Assembly (NCBI RefSeq): GCF_964355755.1
Contig: NC_092670.1
Span: 28,260,388-28,324,387, forward strand
Reading direction: 5' to 3'
Length of the DNA stretch: 64,000 bases
Origin: Antedon mediterranea
Taxonomy: Eukaryota; Animalia; Echinodermata
Position numbers and translations under genes: made by a program. The notes below the pieces were generated by a model. That model saw only the letters and a list, made by a program, of their open reading frames with translations, did not search any database and was not told the DNA's origin. The first letter of the stretch is position 1; each line of letters begins with the position of its first letter. This document shows, piece by piece, positions 30,001 to 45,000 of this stretch.

Positions 30001-33000
30001 CAAATGCGATTTTAAGGTATTCTAAGCACTTTGGTGATTTTATGTTAACAAGTTTTTTCGAAAATCACAAAATGGTCTAAAACGTCTACAAATGCGATTT
30101 GAAGCTATTCTAAGCACTTTGGTGTTTTTATGTTAACAAGTTTTTTCGAAAATCACAAAATGGTATAAAACGTCTCCAAATGCGATTTTAAGCTATTCTA
30201 AGCAATTTGGTGTTTTTATGTTAACAAGTTTTTTCGAAAATCACAAAATGGTCGAAAATGTCACAAAATGCGATTTGAAGCTATTCTAAGCACTTTGGTG
30301 TTATTATGTTAACAAGTTTTTTCGAAAATCACAAATTGGTCTAAAACGTCTCCAAATGCGATTTGAAGCTATTTTAAGCACTTTGGTGTTTTTGTGTAAC
30401 CAAGTTTTTTCGAAAATCACAAAAGGGTCTAAAATGTCTCAAAATGCGATTTGAAGCTATTCTGTACACTTTGATGTTTTTTTGTTAACAAGTTTTTTCG
30501 AAAGTCACAAAATGGTCTAAAACGTCTCCAAATGCGATTTGAAGCTATTCTAAGCACTTTGGTGTTTTTATGTTAACAAGTTTTTTCGAAAATCACAAAA
30601 TGGTGTAAAACGTCTCCAAATGCGATTTGAAGCTATTCTAAGCACTTTGGTGTTTTTATGTTAACAAGTTTTTTCGAAAATCACAAAATGGTGTAAAACT
30701 TCTCCAAATACGATTTTAAGCTATTCTAAGCAATTTGGTGTTTTTATGTTAACAAGTTTTTTCGAAAATCACAAAATGGTCTAAAACGTCTCCAAATGCG
30801 ATTTGAAGCTATTCTGTACACTTTGCTGTTTTGTGTGAATAATTTTTGTTGAAATGCTCAAAATGGTCAAAAACGTTTTTAAATACTATATTAAGCTATT
30901 TTGTGTTCTTTGATGTTTTTGTGTGAAAAGTTTTATCGAAATGCTCAAAATGGTCTAAAACAGTTTCTAATGTGATTTTAAGCACTTTGATGTTTTTATG
31001 TTAACAACTTTTTTAGAAAATCACAAAATGGTCTAAAACGTCTCCAAATGCGATTTGAAGCAATTCTAAGCACTTTGGTGCTTTTATGTTAACAAGTTTT
31101 TTCGAAAATCACAAAATGGTATAAAACGTCTCCAAATGCGATTTGAAGCAATTCTAAGCACTTTGGTGTTTTTATGTTAACAAGTTTTTTCGAAAATCAC
31201 AAAATGGTATAAAACGTCTCCAAATGCGATTTTAAGGTATTCTAAGCACTTTGGTGTTTTTATGTTAACAAGTTTTTTCGAAAATCACAAAATGGTCTAA
31301 AACGTCTCCAAATGCGATTTGAAGCTATTCTGTACACTTTGCTGTTTTGTGTGAATAATTTTTGTCGAAATGCTCAAAATGGTCAAAAACGTTTTTAAAT
31401 ACGATATTAAGCTATTTTGTGCTCTTTGATGTTTTTGTGTGAAAAGTTTTATCGAAATGCTCAAAATGGTCTAAAACGGTTTCTAATGTGATTTTAAGCA
31501 CTTTGATGTTTTTATGTTAACAACTTTTTTAGAAAATCACAAAATGGTCTAAAACGTCTCCAAATGCGATTTGAAGCAATTCTAAGCACTTTGGTGTTTT
31601 TATGGTAACGAGTTTTTTTGAATATCACAAAATGGTCTAAAACGTCTCCAAATGCGATTTGAAGCTATTCTAAGCACTTTGGTGTTTTTATGTTAACAAG
31701 TTTTTTCGAAAATCACAAAATGGTGTAAAACGTCTCCAAATGCGATTTGAAGCTATTCTAAGCACTTTGGTGTTATTATGTTAACAAGTTTTTTCGAAAA
31801 TCACAAATTGGTCTAAAACGTCTCCAAATGCGATTTGAAGCTATTTTAAGCACTTTGGTGTTTTTGTGTAACCAAGTTTTTTCGAAAATCACAAAAGGGT
31901 CTAAAATGTCTCAAAATGCGATTTGAAGCTATTCTGTACACTTTGATGTTTTTTTGTTAACAAGTTTTTTCGAAAGTCACAAAATGGTCTAAAACGTCTC
32001 CAAATGCGATTTGAAGCTATTCTAAGCACTTTGCTGTTTTGTGTGAATAATTTTTGTCGAAATGCTCAAAATGGTCAAAAACGTTTTTAAATACGATATT
32101 AAGCTATTTTGTGCTCTTTGATGTTTTTGTGTGAAAAGTTTTATCGAAATGCTCAAAATGGTCTAAAACGGTTTCTAATGTGATTTTAAGCACTTTGATG
32201 TTTTTATGTTAACAACTTTTTTAGAAAATCACAAAATGGTCTAAAACGTCTCCAAATGCGATTTGAAGCAATTCTAAGCACTTTGGTGTTTTTATGGTAA
32301 CGAGTTTTTTTGAATATCACAAAATGGTCTAAAATGTCTCCAAATGCGATTTGAAGCTTTTCTAAGCACTTTGGTGTTTTTATGTTAACAAGTTTTTTCG
32401 AAAATCACAAAATGGTCTAAAACGTCTCCAAATGCGATTTGAAGCTATTCTGTACACTTTGCTGTTTTGTGTGAATAATTTTTGTCGAAATGCTCAAAAT
32501 GGTCAAAAACGTTTTTAAATACGATATTAAGCTATTTTGTGCTCTTTGATGTTTTTGTGTGAAAAGTTTTATCGAAATGCTCAAAATGGTCTAAAACGGT
32601 TTCTAATGTGATTTTAAGCACTTTGATGTTTTTATGTTAACAACTTTTTTAGAAAATCACAAAATGGTCTAAAACGTCTCCAAATGCGATTTGAAGCAAT
32701 TCTAAGCACTTTGGTGTTTTTATGGTAACGAGTTTTTTTGAATATCACAAAATGGTCTAAAATGTCTCCAAATGCGATTTGAAGCTTTTCTAAGCACTTT
32801 GGTGTTTTTATGGTAGCGAGTTATTTCGAAAATCACAAAATGGTCTAAAACGTCTCCAAATGCGATTTGAAGCTATTCTAAGCACTTTTGTGTTTTTATG
32901 CTAACAAGTTTTTTCGAAAATCACAAAATTGTCTAAAATGTCTCCAAATGCGATTTTAAGGTATTCTAAGCACTTTGGTGTTTTTATGTTAACAAGTTTT

Positions 33001-36000
33001 TTCGAAAATCACAAAATGGTATAAAACGTCTCCAAATGCGATTTGAAGATTTTCTAAGGACTTTGGTGATTTTATGTTTACAAGTTTTTTCGAAAATCAC
33101 AAAATGGTCTAAAACGTCTCCAAATGCGATTTGAAGCTATTCTGTACACTTTGCTGTTTTGTGTGAATAATTTTTGTCGAAATGCTCAAAATGGTCAAAA
33201 ACGTTTTTAAATACGATATTAAGCTATTTTGTGCTCTTTGATGTTTTTGTGTGAAAAGTTTTATCGAAATGCTCAAAATGGTCTAAAACGGTTTCTATTG
33301 TGATTTTAAGCACTTTGATGTTTTTATGGTAACGAGTTTTTTTGAATATCACAAAATGGTCTAAAATGTCTCCAAATGCGATTTGAAGCTTTTCTAAGCA
33401 CTTTGGTGTTTTTATGTTAACAAGTTTTTTCGAAAATCACAAAATGGTCTAAAACGTCTCCAAATGCGATTTGAAGCTATTCTGTACACTTTGCTGTTTT
33501 GTGTGAATAATTTTTGTCGAAATGCTCAAAATGGTCAAAAACGTTTTTAAATACGATATTAAGCTATTTTGTGCTCTTTGATGTTTTTGTGTGAAAAGTT
33601 TTATCGAAATGCTCAAAATGGTCTAAAACGGTTTCTAATGTGATTTTAAGCACTTTGATGTTTTTATGTTAACAACTTTTTTAGAAAATCACAAAATGGT
33701 CTAAAACGTCTCCAAATGCGATTTGAAGCAATTCTAAGCACTTTGGTGTTTTTATGGTAACGAGTTTTTTTGAATATCACAAAATGGTCTAAAATGTCTC
33801 CAAATGCGATTTGAAGCTTTTCTAAGCACTTTGGTGTTTTTATGGTAGCGAGTTATTTCGAAAATCACAAAATGGTCTAAAACGTCTCCAAATGCGATTT
33901 GAAGCTATTCTAAGCACTTTTGTGTTTTTATGCTAACAAGTTTTTTCGAAAATCACAAAATTGTCTAAAATGTCTCCAAATGCGATTTTAAGGTATTCTA
34001 AGCACTTTGGTGTTTTTATGTTAACAAGTTTTTTCGAAAATCACAAAATGGTCTAAAAAGTCTACAAATGCGATTTGAAGCTATTCTAAGCACTTTGGTG
34101 TTTTTATGTTAACAAGTTTTTTCGAAAATCACAAAATGGTATAAAACGTCTCCAAATGCGATTTGAAGATTTTCTAAGGACTTTGGTGATTTTATGTTTA
34201 CAAGTTTTTTCGAAAATCACAAAATGGTCTAAAACGTCTCCAAATGCGATTTGAAGCTATTCTGTACACTTTGCTGTTTTGTGTGAATAATTTTTGTCGA
34301 AATGCTCAAAATGGTCAAAAACGTTTTTAAATACGATATTAAGCTATTTTGTGCTCTTTGATGTTTTTGTGTGAAAAGTTTTATCGAAATGCTCAAAATG
34401 GTCTAAAACGGTTTCTATTGTGATTTTAAGCACTTTGATGTTTTTATGTTAACAACTTTTTTAGAAAATTACAAAATGGTGTAAAACGTCTCCAAATGCG
34501 AATTGAAGCTATTCTAAGCAATTTGGTGTTTTTATGTTAACAAGTTTTTTCGAAAATCACAAAATGGTCTAAAACGTCTCCAAATGCGATTTGAAGCTAT
34601 TCTAAGCACTTTGGTGTTTTTATGTTAACAAGTTTTTTCCAAAATCACAAAATGTTATAAAACGTCTCTAAATGCGATTTTAAGGTATTTTAAGCACTTT
34701 GATGTTTTTATGTTAACGAGTTTTTTCGAAAATCACAAAATGGTCTAAAACGTCTCCAAATGCGATTTGAAGCTATTCTAAGCACTTTGGTGTTTTTATG
34801 TTAACAAGTTTTTTTCGAAAATCACAAAATGGTATAAAACGTCTCCAAATGCGATTTTAAGCTATTCTAAGTACTTTTGTGTTTTTATGTTAACAAGTTT
34901 TTTCGAAAATTACGAAATGGTCTAAAATGTCTCAAAATGCGATTTGAAGCTATTCTGTACACTTTGATGTTTTTATGTTAACAAGTTTTTCGAAAGTCAC
35001 AAAATGGTCTAAAACGTCTCCAAATGCGATTTGAAGCTATTTTAAGCACTTTGGTGTTTTTGTGTAACCAAGTTTTTGTCGAAAATCACAAAAGGGTCTA
35101 AAATGTCTCAAAATGCGATTTGAAGCTATTCTGTACACTTTGATGTTTTTATGTTAACAAGTTTTTTCGAAAGTCACAAAATGGTCTAAAACGTATCCAA
35201 ATGCTATTTGAAGCAATTCTAAGCACTTTGGTGTTTTTATGTTAACAAGTTTTTTCGAAAATCACAAAATGGTCTAAAACGTCTCCAAATGCGATTTGAA
35301 GCTATTCTAAGCACTTTGGTGTTTTTATGTTAACAAGTTTTTTCGAAAATCACAAAATGGTATAAAACGTCTCCAAATGCGATTTTAAGGTATTCTAAGC
35401 ACTTTGGTGTTTTTATGTTAACAAGTTTTTTCGAAAATCACAAAATGGTCTAAAACGTCTCCAAATGCGATTTGAAGCTATTCTAAGCACTTTGGTGTTT
35501 TTATGTTAACAAGTTTTTTCGAAAATCACAAAATGGTATAAAACGTTTCCAAATGCGATTTTAAGCTATTCTAAGCAATTTAGTGTTTTTATGTTAACAA
35601 GTTTTTTCGAAAATCACAAAATGGTCGAAAATGTCACAAAATGCGATTTGAAGCTATTCTAAGCCCTTTGGTGTTTTTATGTTAACAAGTTTTTTTGAAA
35701 ATCACAAAATGGTCTAAAATGTCTCAAAATGCGATTTGAAGCTATTCTGTACACTTTGCTGTTTTGTGTGAATAATTTTTTTCGAAAATCACAAAATGGT
35801 GTAAAACGTCTCCAAATGTGATTTGAAGCTATTCTAAGCACTTTGGTGTTTTTATGTTAACAAGTTTTTTCGAAAATCACAAAATGGTGTAAAACGTTTC
35901 CAAATGCGATTTTAAGCTATTCTAAACAATTTGTTGTTTTTATGTTAACAAGTTTTTTTCGAAAATCACAAAATGGTGTAAAACGTCTCCAAATGCGATT

Positions 36001-39000
36001 TGAAGCTATTCTAAGCACTTTGGTGTTTTTTTGTTAACAAGTTTTTTCGAAAATCACAAAATGGTGTAAAACGTCTCCAAATGCGATTTTAAGCTATTCT
36101 AAGCAATTTGGTGTTTTTATGTTAACAAGTTTTTTCGAAAATCACAAAATGGTCTAAAACGTCTCCAAATGCGATTTGAAGCTATTCTGTACACTTTGCT
36201 GTTTTGTGTGAATAATTTTTGTCGAAATGCTCAAAATGGTCAAAAACGTTTTTGAATACGATATTAAGCTATTTTGTGCTCTTTGATGTTTTTGTGTGGT
36301 AAGTTTTATCGAAATGCTCAAAATGGTCTAAAACGGTTTCTAATGTGATTTTAAGCACTTTGATGTTTTTATGTTAACAACTTTTTTAGAAAATCACAAA
36401 ATGGTCTAAAACGTCTCCAAATGCGATTTGAAGCAATTCTAAGCACTTTGGTGTTTTTATGGTAACGAGTTTTTTTGAATATCACAAAATGGTCTAAAAT
36501 GTCTCCAAATGCGATTTGAAGCTTTTCTAAGCACTTTGGTGTTTTTATGTTTACAAGTTTTTTCGAAAATCACAAAATGGTCTAAAACGGCTCCAAATGC
36601 AATTTGAAGCTATTTTAAGCACTTTGCTGTTTTGTGTGAATAATTTTTGTCAAAATGCTCAAAATGGTCAAAAACGTTTTTAAATACTATATTAAGCTAT
36701 TTTGTGCTCTTTGATGTTTTTGTGTGAAAAGTTTTATCGAAATGCTCAAAATGGTCTAAAACGGTTTCTAATGTGATTTTAAGCACTTTGATGTTTTTAT
36801 GTTAACAACTTTTTTAGAAAATTACAAAATGGTGTAAAACGTCTCCAAATGCGATTTGAAGCTATTCTAAGCAATTTGGTGTTTTTATGTTAACAAGTTT
36901 TTTCGAAAATCACAAAATGGTCTAAAACGTCTCCAAATGCGATCTGAAGCTATTCTAAGCACTTTTGTGTTTTTATGTTAACAAGTTTTCTCGAAAATCA
37001 CAAAATGGTCTAAAATGTCTCCAAATGCGATTTGAAGCTTTTCTAAGCACTTTGGTGTTTTTATGTTTACAAGTTTTTTTCGAAAATCACAAAAGGGTCT
37101 AAAATTTCTCAAAATGCAATTTGAAGCTATTCTGTACACTTTGATGTTTTTATGTTAACAAGTTTTTTCGAAAGTCACAAAATGGTCTAAAACGTATCCA
37201 AATGCGATTTGAAGCTATTCTAAGCACTTTGGTGTTTTTATGTTAACAAGTTTTTTCGAAAATCACAAAATGGTGTAAAACGTCTCTAAATGCGATTTGA
37301 AGCTATTCTAAGCACTTTGGTGTTTTTATGTTAACAAGTTTTTTCGAAAATCACAAAATGGTATAAAACGTCTCCAAATGCGATTTTAAGGTATTTTAAG
37401 CACTTTGATGTTTTTATGTTAACGAGTTTTTTCGAAAATCACAAAATGGTCTAAAACGTCTCCAAATGCGATTTGAAACTATTTTAAGCACTTTGGTGTT
37501 TTTGTGTAACCAAGTTTTTTCGAAAATCACAAAAGGGTCTAAAATGTCTCCAAATGCGATTTGAAGCTATTCTGTACACTTTGCTGTTTTTATGGTAATT
37601 TATTTCGAAAATCACAAAATGGTCGAAAATGTCACAAAATGCGATTTTAAGCTATTCTAAGCACTTTGGTGTTTTTATGTTAACAAGTTTTTTCGAAAAT
37701 CACAAAATGGTCTAAAACGTCTCCAAATGCGATTTGAAGCTATTCTGTACACTTTGCTGTTTTGTGTGAATAATTTTTGTTGAAATGCTCAAAATGGTCA
37801 AAAACGTTTTTAAATACGATATTAAGCTATTTTGTGCTCTTTGATGTTTTTGTGTGAAAAGTTTTATCGAAATGCTCAAAATGGTCTAAAACGGTTTCTA
37901 ATGTGATTTTAAGCACTTTGGTGTTTTTATGTTAACAAGTTTTTTCGAAAATCACAAAATGGGCTAAAACGTCTCCAAATGTGATTTGAAGCTATTCTAA
38001 ACACTTTGGTGTTTTTATGTTAAAAAGTTTTTTCGAAAATCACAAATTGGTCTAAAACGTCTCCAAATGCGATTTGAAGCTATTTTAAGCACTTTGGTAT
38101 TTTTGTGTAACCAAGTTTTTTCGAAAATCACAAAAGGGTCTAAAATGTCTCAAAATGCGATTTGAAGCTATTCTGTACACTTTGATGTTTTTATGTTAAC
38201 AAGTTTTTTCGAAAGTCACAAAATGGTCTAAAACGTATCCAAATGCGATTAGAAGCTATTCTAAGCACTTTGGTGTTTTTATGTTAACAAGTTTTTTCGA
38301 AAATCACAAAATGGTCTAAAACGTATCCAAATGCGATTTGAAGCTATTCTAAGCACTTTGGTGTTTTTATGTTAACAAGTTTTTTCGAAAATCACAAAAT
38401 GGTCTAAAACGTCTCCAAATGCGATTTTAAGCTATTCTAAGCAATTTGGTGTTTTTATGTTAACAAGTTTTTTCGAAAATCACAAAATGGTCTAAAACGT
38501 CTCCAAATGCGATTTGAAGCTATTCTGTACACTTTGCTGTTTTGTGTGAATAATTTTTGTCGAAATGCTCAAAATGGTCAAAAACGTTTTTGAATACGAT
38601 ATTAAGCTATTTTGTGCTCTTTGATGTTTTTGTGTGGTAAGTTTTATCGAAATGCTCAAAATGGTCTAAAACGGTTTCTAATGTGATTTTAAGCACTTTG
38701 ATGTTTTTATGTTGACAACTTTTTTAGAAAATCACAAAATGGTCTAAAACGTCTCCAAATGCGATTTGAAGCAATTCTAAGCACTTTGGTGTTTTTATGG
38801 TAACGAGTTTTTTTGAATATCACAAAATGGTCTAAAATGTCTCCAAATGCGATTTGAAGCTTTTCTAAGCACTTTGGTGTTTTTATGGTAACGAGTTATT
38901 TCGAAAATCACAAAATGTTCTAAAACGTCTCCAAATGCGATTTGAAGCTATTCTGTACACTTTGCTGTTTTGTGTGAATAATTTTTGTCAAAATGCTCAA

Positions 39001-42000
39001 AATGGTCAAAAACGTTTTTAAATACTATATTAAGCTATTTTGTGCTCTTTTATGTTTTTGTGTGAAAAGTTTTATCGAAATGCTCAAAATGGTCTAAAAC
39101 GTTTTCTACTGTGATTTTAAGCACTTTGATGTTTTTATGTTAACAACTTTTTTAGAAAATTACAAAATGGTGTAAAACGTCTCCAAATGCGATTTGAAGC
39201 TATTCTAAGCAATTTGGTGTTTTTATGTTAACAAGTTTTTTCGAGAATCACAAAATGGTCTAAAACGTCTCCAAATGCGATTTGAAGCTATTCTAAGCAC
39301 TTTGGTGTTTTTATGTTAACAAGTTTTTTCGAAAATCACAAAATGGTATAAAACGTCTCCAAATGCGATTTGAAGGTATTTTAAGCACTTTGATGTTTTT
39401 ATGTTAACGAGTTTTTTCGAAAATCACAAAATGGTCTAAAACGTCTCCAAATGCGATTTGAAGCTATTCTAAGCACTTTGGTGTTTTTATGTTAACAAGT
39501 TTTTTCGAAAATCACAAAATGGTCTAAAACGTCTCCAAATGCGATTTGAAGCTATTCTAAGCACTTTGGTGTTTTTATGTTAACAAGTTTTTTCGAAAAT
39601 CACAAAATGGTATAAAACGTCTCCAAATGCGATTTTAAGATATTCTAAGCACTTTTGTGTTTTTATGTTAACAAGTTTTTTCGAAAATTACAAAATGGTC
39701 TAAAATGTCTCAAAATGCGATTTGAAGCTATTCTGTACACTTTGATGTTTTTATGTTAACAAGTTTTTCGAAAGTCACAAAATGGTCTAAAACGTCTCCA
39801 AATGCGATTTGAAGCTATTTTAAGCACTTTGGTGTTTTTGTGTAACCAAGTTTTTTCGAAAATCACAAAAGGGTCTAAATGTCTCAAAATGCGATTTGAA
39901 GCTATTCTGTACACTTTGATGTTTTTATGTTAACAAGTTTTTTCGAAAGTCACAAAATGGTCTAAAACGTATCCAAATGCGATTTGAAGCAATTCTAAGC
40001 ACTTTGGTGTTTTTATGTTAACAAGTTTTTTCGAAAATCACAAAATGGTCTAAAACGTCTCCAAATGCGATTTGAAGCTATTTTAAGCACTTTGGTGTTT
40101 TTATGTTAACAAGTTTTTTCGAAAATCACAAAATGGTCTAAAACGTCTCCAAATGCGATTTGAAGCTATTCTGTACACTTTACTGTTTTTTGTGAATAAT
40201 TTTTGTCGAAATGCTCAAAATGGTCAAAAACGTTTTTAAATACGATATTAAGCTATTTTGTGCTCTTTGATGTTTTTGTGTGAAAAGTTTTATCGAAATG
40301 CTCAAAATGGTCTAAAACGGTTTCTAATGTGATTTTAAGCACTTTGATGTTTTTATTTTAACAACTTTTTTAGAAAATCACAAAATGGTCTAAAATGTCT
40401 CCAAATGCGATTTCAAGCTATTCTTAGCACTTTGGTGTTTTTATGTTAACAAGTTTTTTCGAAAATCACAAAATGGTCTAAAACGTCTCCAAATGCGATT
40501 TGAAGCTACTCTAAGCACTTTGGTGTTTTTATGTTAACAACTTTTTTAGAAAATCACAAAATGGTCTAAAACGGTTTCTAATGTGATTTTAAGCACTTTG
40601 ATGTTTTTATGTTAACAACTTTTTTAGAAAATCACAAAATGGTCTAAAACGTCTCCAAATGCGATTTGAAGCAATTCTAAGCACTTTGGTGTTTTTATGG
40701 TAACGAGTTTTTTTGAATATCACAAAATGGTCTAAAATTTCTCCAAATGCGATTTGAAGCTTTTCTAAGCACTTTGGTGTTTTTATGTTTACAAGTTTTT
40801 TCGAAAATCACAAAATGGTCTAAAACGGCTTCAAATGCGATTTGAAGCTATTTGAAGCACTTTGCTGTTTTGTGTGAATAATTTTTGTCAAAATGCTCAA
40901 AATGGTCAAAAACGTTTTTAAATACTATATTAAGCTATTTTGTGCTCTTTGATGTTTTTGTGTGAAAAGTTTTATCGAAATGCTCAAAATGGTCTAAAAC
41001 GGTTTCTAATGTGATTTTAAGCACTTTGATGTTTTTATGTTAACAACTTTTTTAGAAAATTACAAAATGGTGTAAAACGTCTCCAAATGCGATTTGAAGC
41101 TATTCTAAGCAATTTGGTGTTTTTATGTTAACAAGTTTTTTCGAAAATCACAAAATGGTCTAAAACGTTTCCAAATGCGATCTGAAGCTATTCTAAGCAT
41201 TTTTGTGTTTTTATGTTAACAAGTTTTTTCGAAAATCACAAAATGGTCTAAAATGTCTCCAAATGCGATTTGAAGCTTTTCTAAGAACTTTGGTGTTTTT
41301 ATGTTTACAAGTTTTTTTCGAAAATCACAAAATGGTCTAAAACGTCTCCAAATGCGATTTGAAGCTATTCTGTACACTTTGCTGTTTTGTGTGAATAATT
41401 TTTGTCAAAATGCTCAAAATGGTCAAAAACGTTTTTAAATACTATATTAAGCTATTTTGTGTTCTTTGATGTTTTTGTGTGAAAAGTTTTTTCGAAATGC
41501 TCAAAATGGTCTAAAACGGTTTCTAATGTGATTTTAAGCACTTTGATGTTTTTATGTTAACAACTTTTTTAGAAAATTACAAAATGGTCTAAAACGTCTC
41601 CAAATGCGATTTGAAGCAATTCTAAGCACTTTGGTGTTTTTTATGTTAACAAGTTTTTTCGAAAATCACAAAATGGTCTAAAACGTCTCCAAAATGCGAT
41701 TTGAAGCTATTCTAAGCACTTTGGTGTTTTTATGTTAACAAGTTTTTTCGAAATTCACAAAATGGTATAAAACGTCTCCAAATGCGATTTTAAGGTATTT
41801 TAAGCACTTTGATGTTTTTATGTTAACGAGTTTTTTCGAAAATTACAAAATGGTCTAAAACGTCTCCAAATGCGATTTGAAGCTATTTTAAGCACTTTGG
41901 TGTTTTTGTGTAACCAAGTTTTTTCGAAAATCACAAAAGGGTCTAAAATGTCTCAAAATGCGATTTGAAGCTATTCTGTACACTTTGATGTTTTTATGTT

Positions 42001-45000
42001 AACAAGTTTTTTCGAAAGTCACAAAATGGTCTAAAACGTCTCCAAATGCGATTTGAAGCTATTCTAAGCACTTCGGTGTTTTTATGGTAATTTATTTCGA
42101 AAATCACAAAATGGTCTAAAACATCTCCAAATGCGATTTTAAGCTATTCTAAGCACTTTGGTGTTTTTATGTTAACAAGTTTTTTCGAAAATCACAAAAA
42201 TAGTCTAAAACGTCTCCAAATGCGATTTGAAGCTATTCTAAGCACTTTGGTGTTTTTATGTTAACAAGTTTTTTCGAAAATCACAAAATGGTGTAAAACG
42301 TCTCCAAATGCGATTTGAAGCTATTGTAAGCACTTTGGTGTTTTTATGTTAACAAGTTTTTTCGAAAATCACAAAATGGTGTAAAACGTCTCCAAATGCG
42401 ATTTTAAGCTATTCTAAGCAATTTGGTGTTTTTATGTTAACAAGTTTTTTCGAAAATCACAAAATGGTCTAAAACGTCTCCAAATGCGATTTGAAGCTAT
42501 TCTGTACACTTTACTGTTTTTTGTGAATAATTTTTGTCGAAATGCTCAAAATGGTCAAAAACGTTTTCAAATACGATATTAAGCTATTTTGTACTCTTTG
42601 ATGTTTTTGTGTGAAAAGTTTTATCGAAATGCTTAAAATGTTCTAAAACGGTTTCTAATGTGATTTTAAGCACTTTGATGTTTTTATGTTAACGAATTTT
42701 TTCGAAAATCACAAAATGGTCTAAAATGTCTCCAAATGCGATTTCAAGCTATTCTGAGCACTTTGGTGTTTTATGTTAACTAGTTTTTTTCGAAAAACAC
42801 AAAATGGTCTAAAACGTCTCCAAATGCGATTTGAAGCTATTCTAAGCAATTTGGTGTTTTTATGTTAACAAGTTTTTTCGAAAATCACAAAATGGTCTAA
42901 AACGTCTCCAAATGCGATTTGAAGCTATTCTAAGCACTTTGGTGTTTTTATGGTAATTTATTTCGAAAATCACAAAATTGTCTAAAACATCTCCAAATGC
43001 GATTTTAAGCTATTCTAAGCACTTTGGTGTTTTTATGTTAACAAGTTTTTTCGAAAATCACAAAATGGTCTAAAATGTCTCCAAATGCGATTTGAAGCTA
43101 TTCTAAGCACTTTGGTGTTTTTATGTTTACAAGTTTTTTCGAAAATCACAAAATGGTCTAAAACGGTTTCTAATGTGATTTTAAGCACTTTGATGTTTTT
43201 ATGTTAACAACTTTTTTAGAAAATCACAAAATGGTCTAAAACGTCTCCAAATGCGATTTGAAGCAATTCTAAGCACTTTGGTGTTTTTATGGTAACGAGT
43301 TTTTTTGAATATCACAAAATGGTCTAAAATGTCTCCAAATGCGATTTGAAGCTTTTCTAAGCACTTTGGTGTTTTTATGTTTACAAGTTTTTTCGAAAAT
43401 CACAAAATGGTCTAAAACGGCTCCAAATGCGATTTGACGCTATTTTAAGCACTTTGGTGTTTTTGTGTAACCAAGTTTTTTCGAAAATCACAAAAGGGTC
43501 TAAAATGTCTCAAAATGCGATTTGAAGCTATTCTGTACACTTTGATGTTTTTATGTTAACAAGTTTTTCGAAAGTCACAAAATGGTCTAAAACGTCTCCA
43601 AATGCGATTTGAAGCTATTCTAAGCACTTTGGTGTTTTTATGTTAACAAGTTTTTTCGAAAATCACAAAATGCTCTAAAACGTCTCCAAATGCGATTTGA
43701 AGCTATTCTGTACACTTTACTGTTTTTTGTGAATAATTTTTGTCGAAATGCTCAAAATGGTCAAAAACGTTTTTAAATACGATATTAAGCTATTTTGTGC
43801 TCTTTGATGTTTTTGTGTGAAAAGTTTTATCGAAATGCTCAAAATGTTCTAAAACGGTTTCTAATGTGATTTTAAGCACTTTGATGTTTTTATGTTAACG
43901 ATTTTTTTCGAAAATCACAAAATGGTCTAAAATGTCTCCAAATGCGATTTCAAGCTATTCTTAGCACTTTGGTGTTTTTATGTTAACAAGTTTTTTCGAA
44001 AATCACAAAATGGTCTAAAACGTCTCCAAATGCGATTTTAAGCTATTCTAAGCAATTTAGTGTTTTTATGTTAACAAGTTTTTTCGAAAATCACAAAATG
44101 GTCTAAAACGTCTCCAAATGCGATTTGAAGCTTTTCTAAGCTTACTTTGGTGTTTTTATGTTTAGGAGTTTTTTCGAAAATCACAAAATGGTCTAAAACG
44201 TCTCCAAATTCGATTTGAAGCTATTCTAAGCACTTTGGTGTTTTTATGTTAACAACTTTTTTAGAAAATCACAAAATGGTCTAAAACGGTTTCTAATGTG
44301 ATTTTAAGCACTTTGATGTTTTTATGTTAACAACTTTTTTAGAAAATCACAAAATGGTCTAAAACGTCTCCAAATGCGATTTGAAGCAATTCTAAGCACT
44401 TTGGTGTTTTTATGGTAACGAGTTTTTTTGAATATCACAAAATGGTCTAAAATGTCTCCAAATGCGATTTGAAGCTTTTCTAAGCACTTTGGTGTTTTTA
44501 TGTTTACAAGTTTTTTTCGAAAATCACAAAATGGTCTAAAACGGCTCCAAATGCGATTTGAAGCTATTCTAAGCACTTTGGTGTTTTTATGTTAACAAGT
44601 TTTTTCGAAAATCACAAAATGGTCTAAAATGTCTCCAAATGCGATTTGAAGCTTTTCTAAGCACTTTGGTGTTTTTAAGTTTACAAGTTTTTTCGAAAAT
44701 CACAAAATGGTCTAAAACGTCTCCAAATGCGATTTGAAGCTATTCTAAGCAATTTGGTGTTTTTATGTTAACAAGTTTTTTCGAAAATCACAAAATGGTC
44801 TAAAACGTCTCCAAATGCGATTTGAAGCTATTCTAAGCACTTTGGTGTTTTTATGTTAACAACTTTTTTAGAAAATCACAAAATGGTCTAAAACGGTTTC
44901 TAATGTGATTTTAAGCACTTTGATGTTTTTATGTTAAATACTTTTTTAGAAAATCACAAAATGGTCTAAAACGTCTCCAAATGCGATTTGAAGCAATTCT

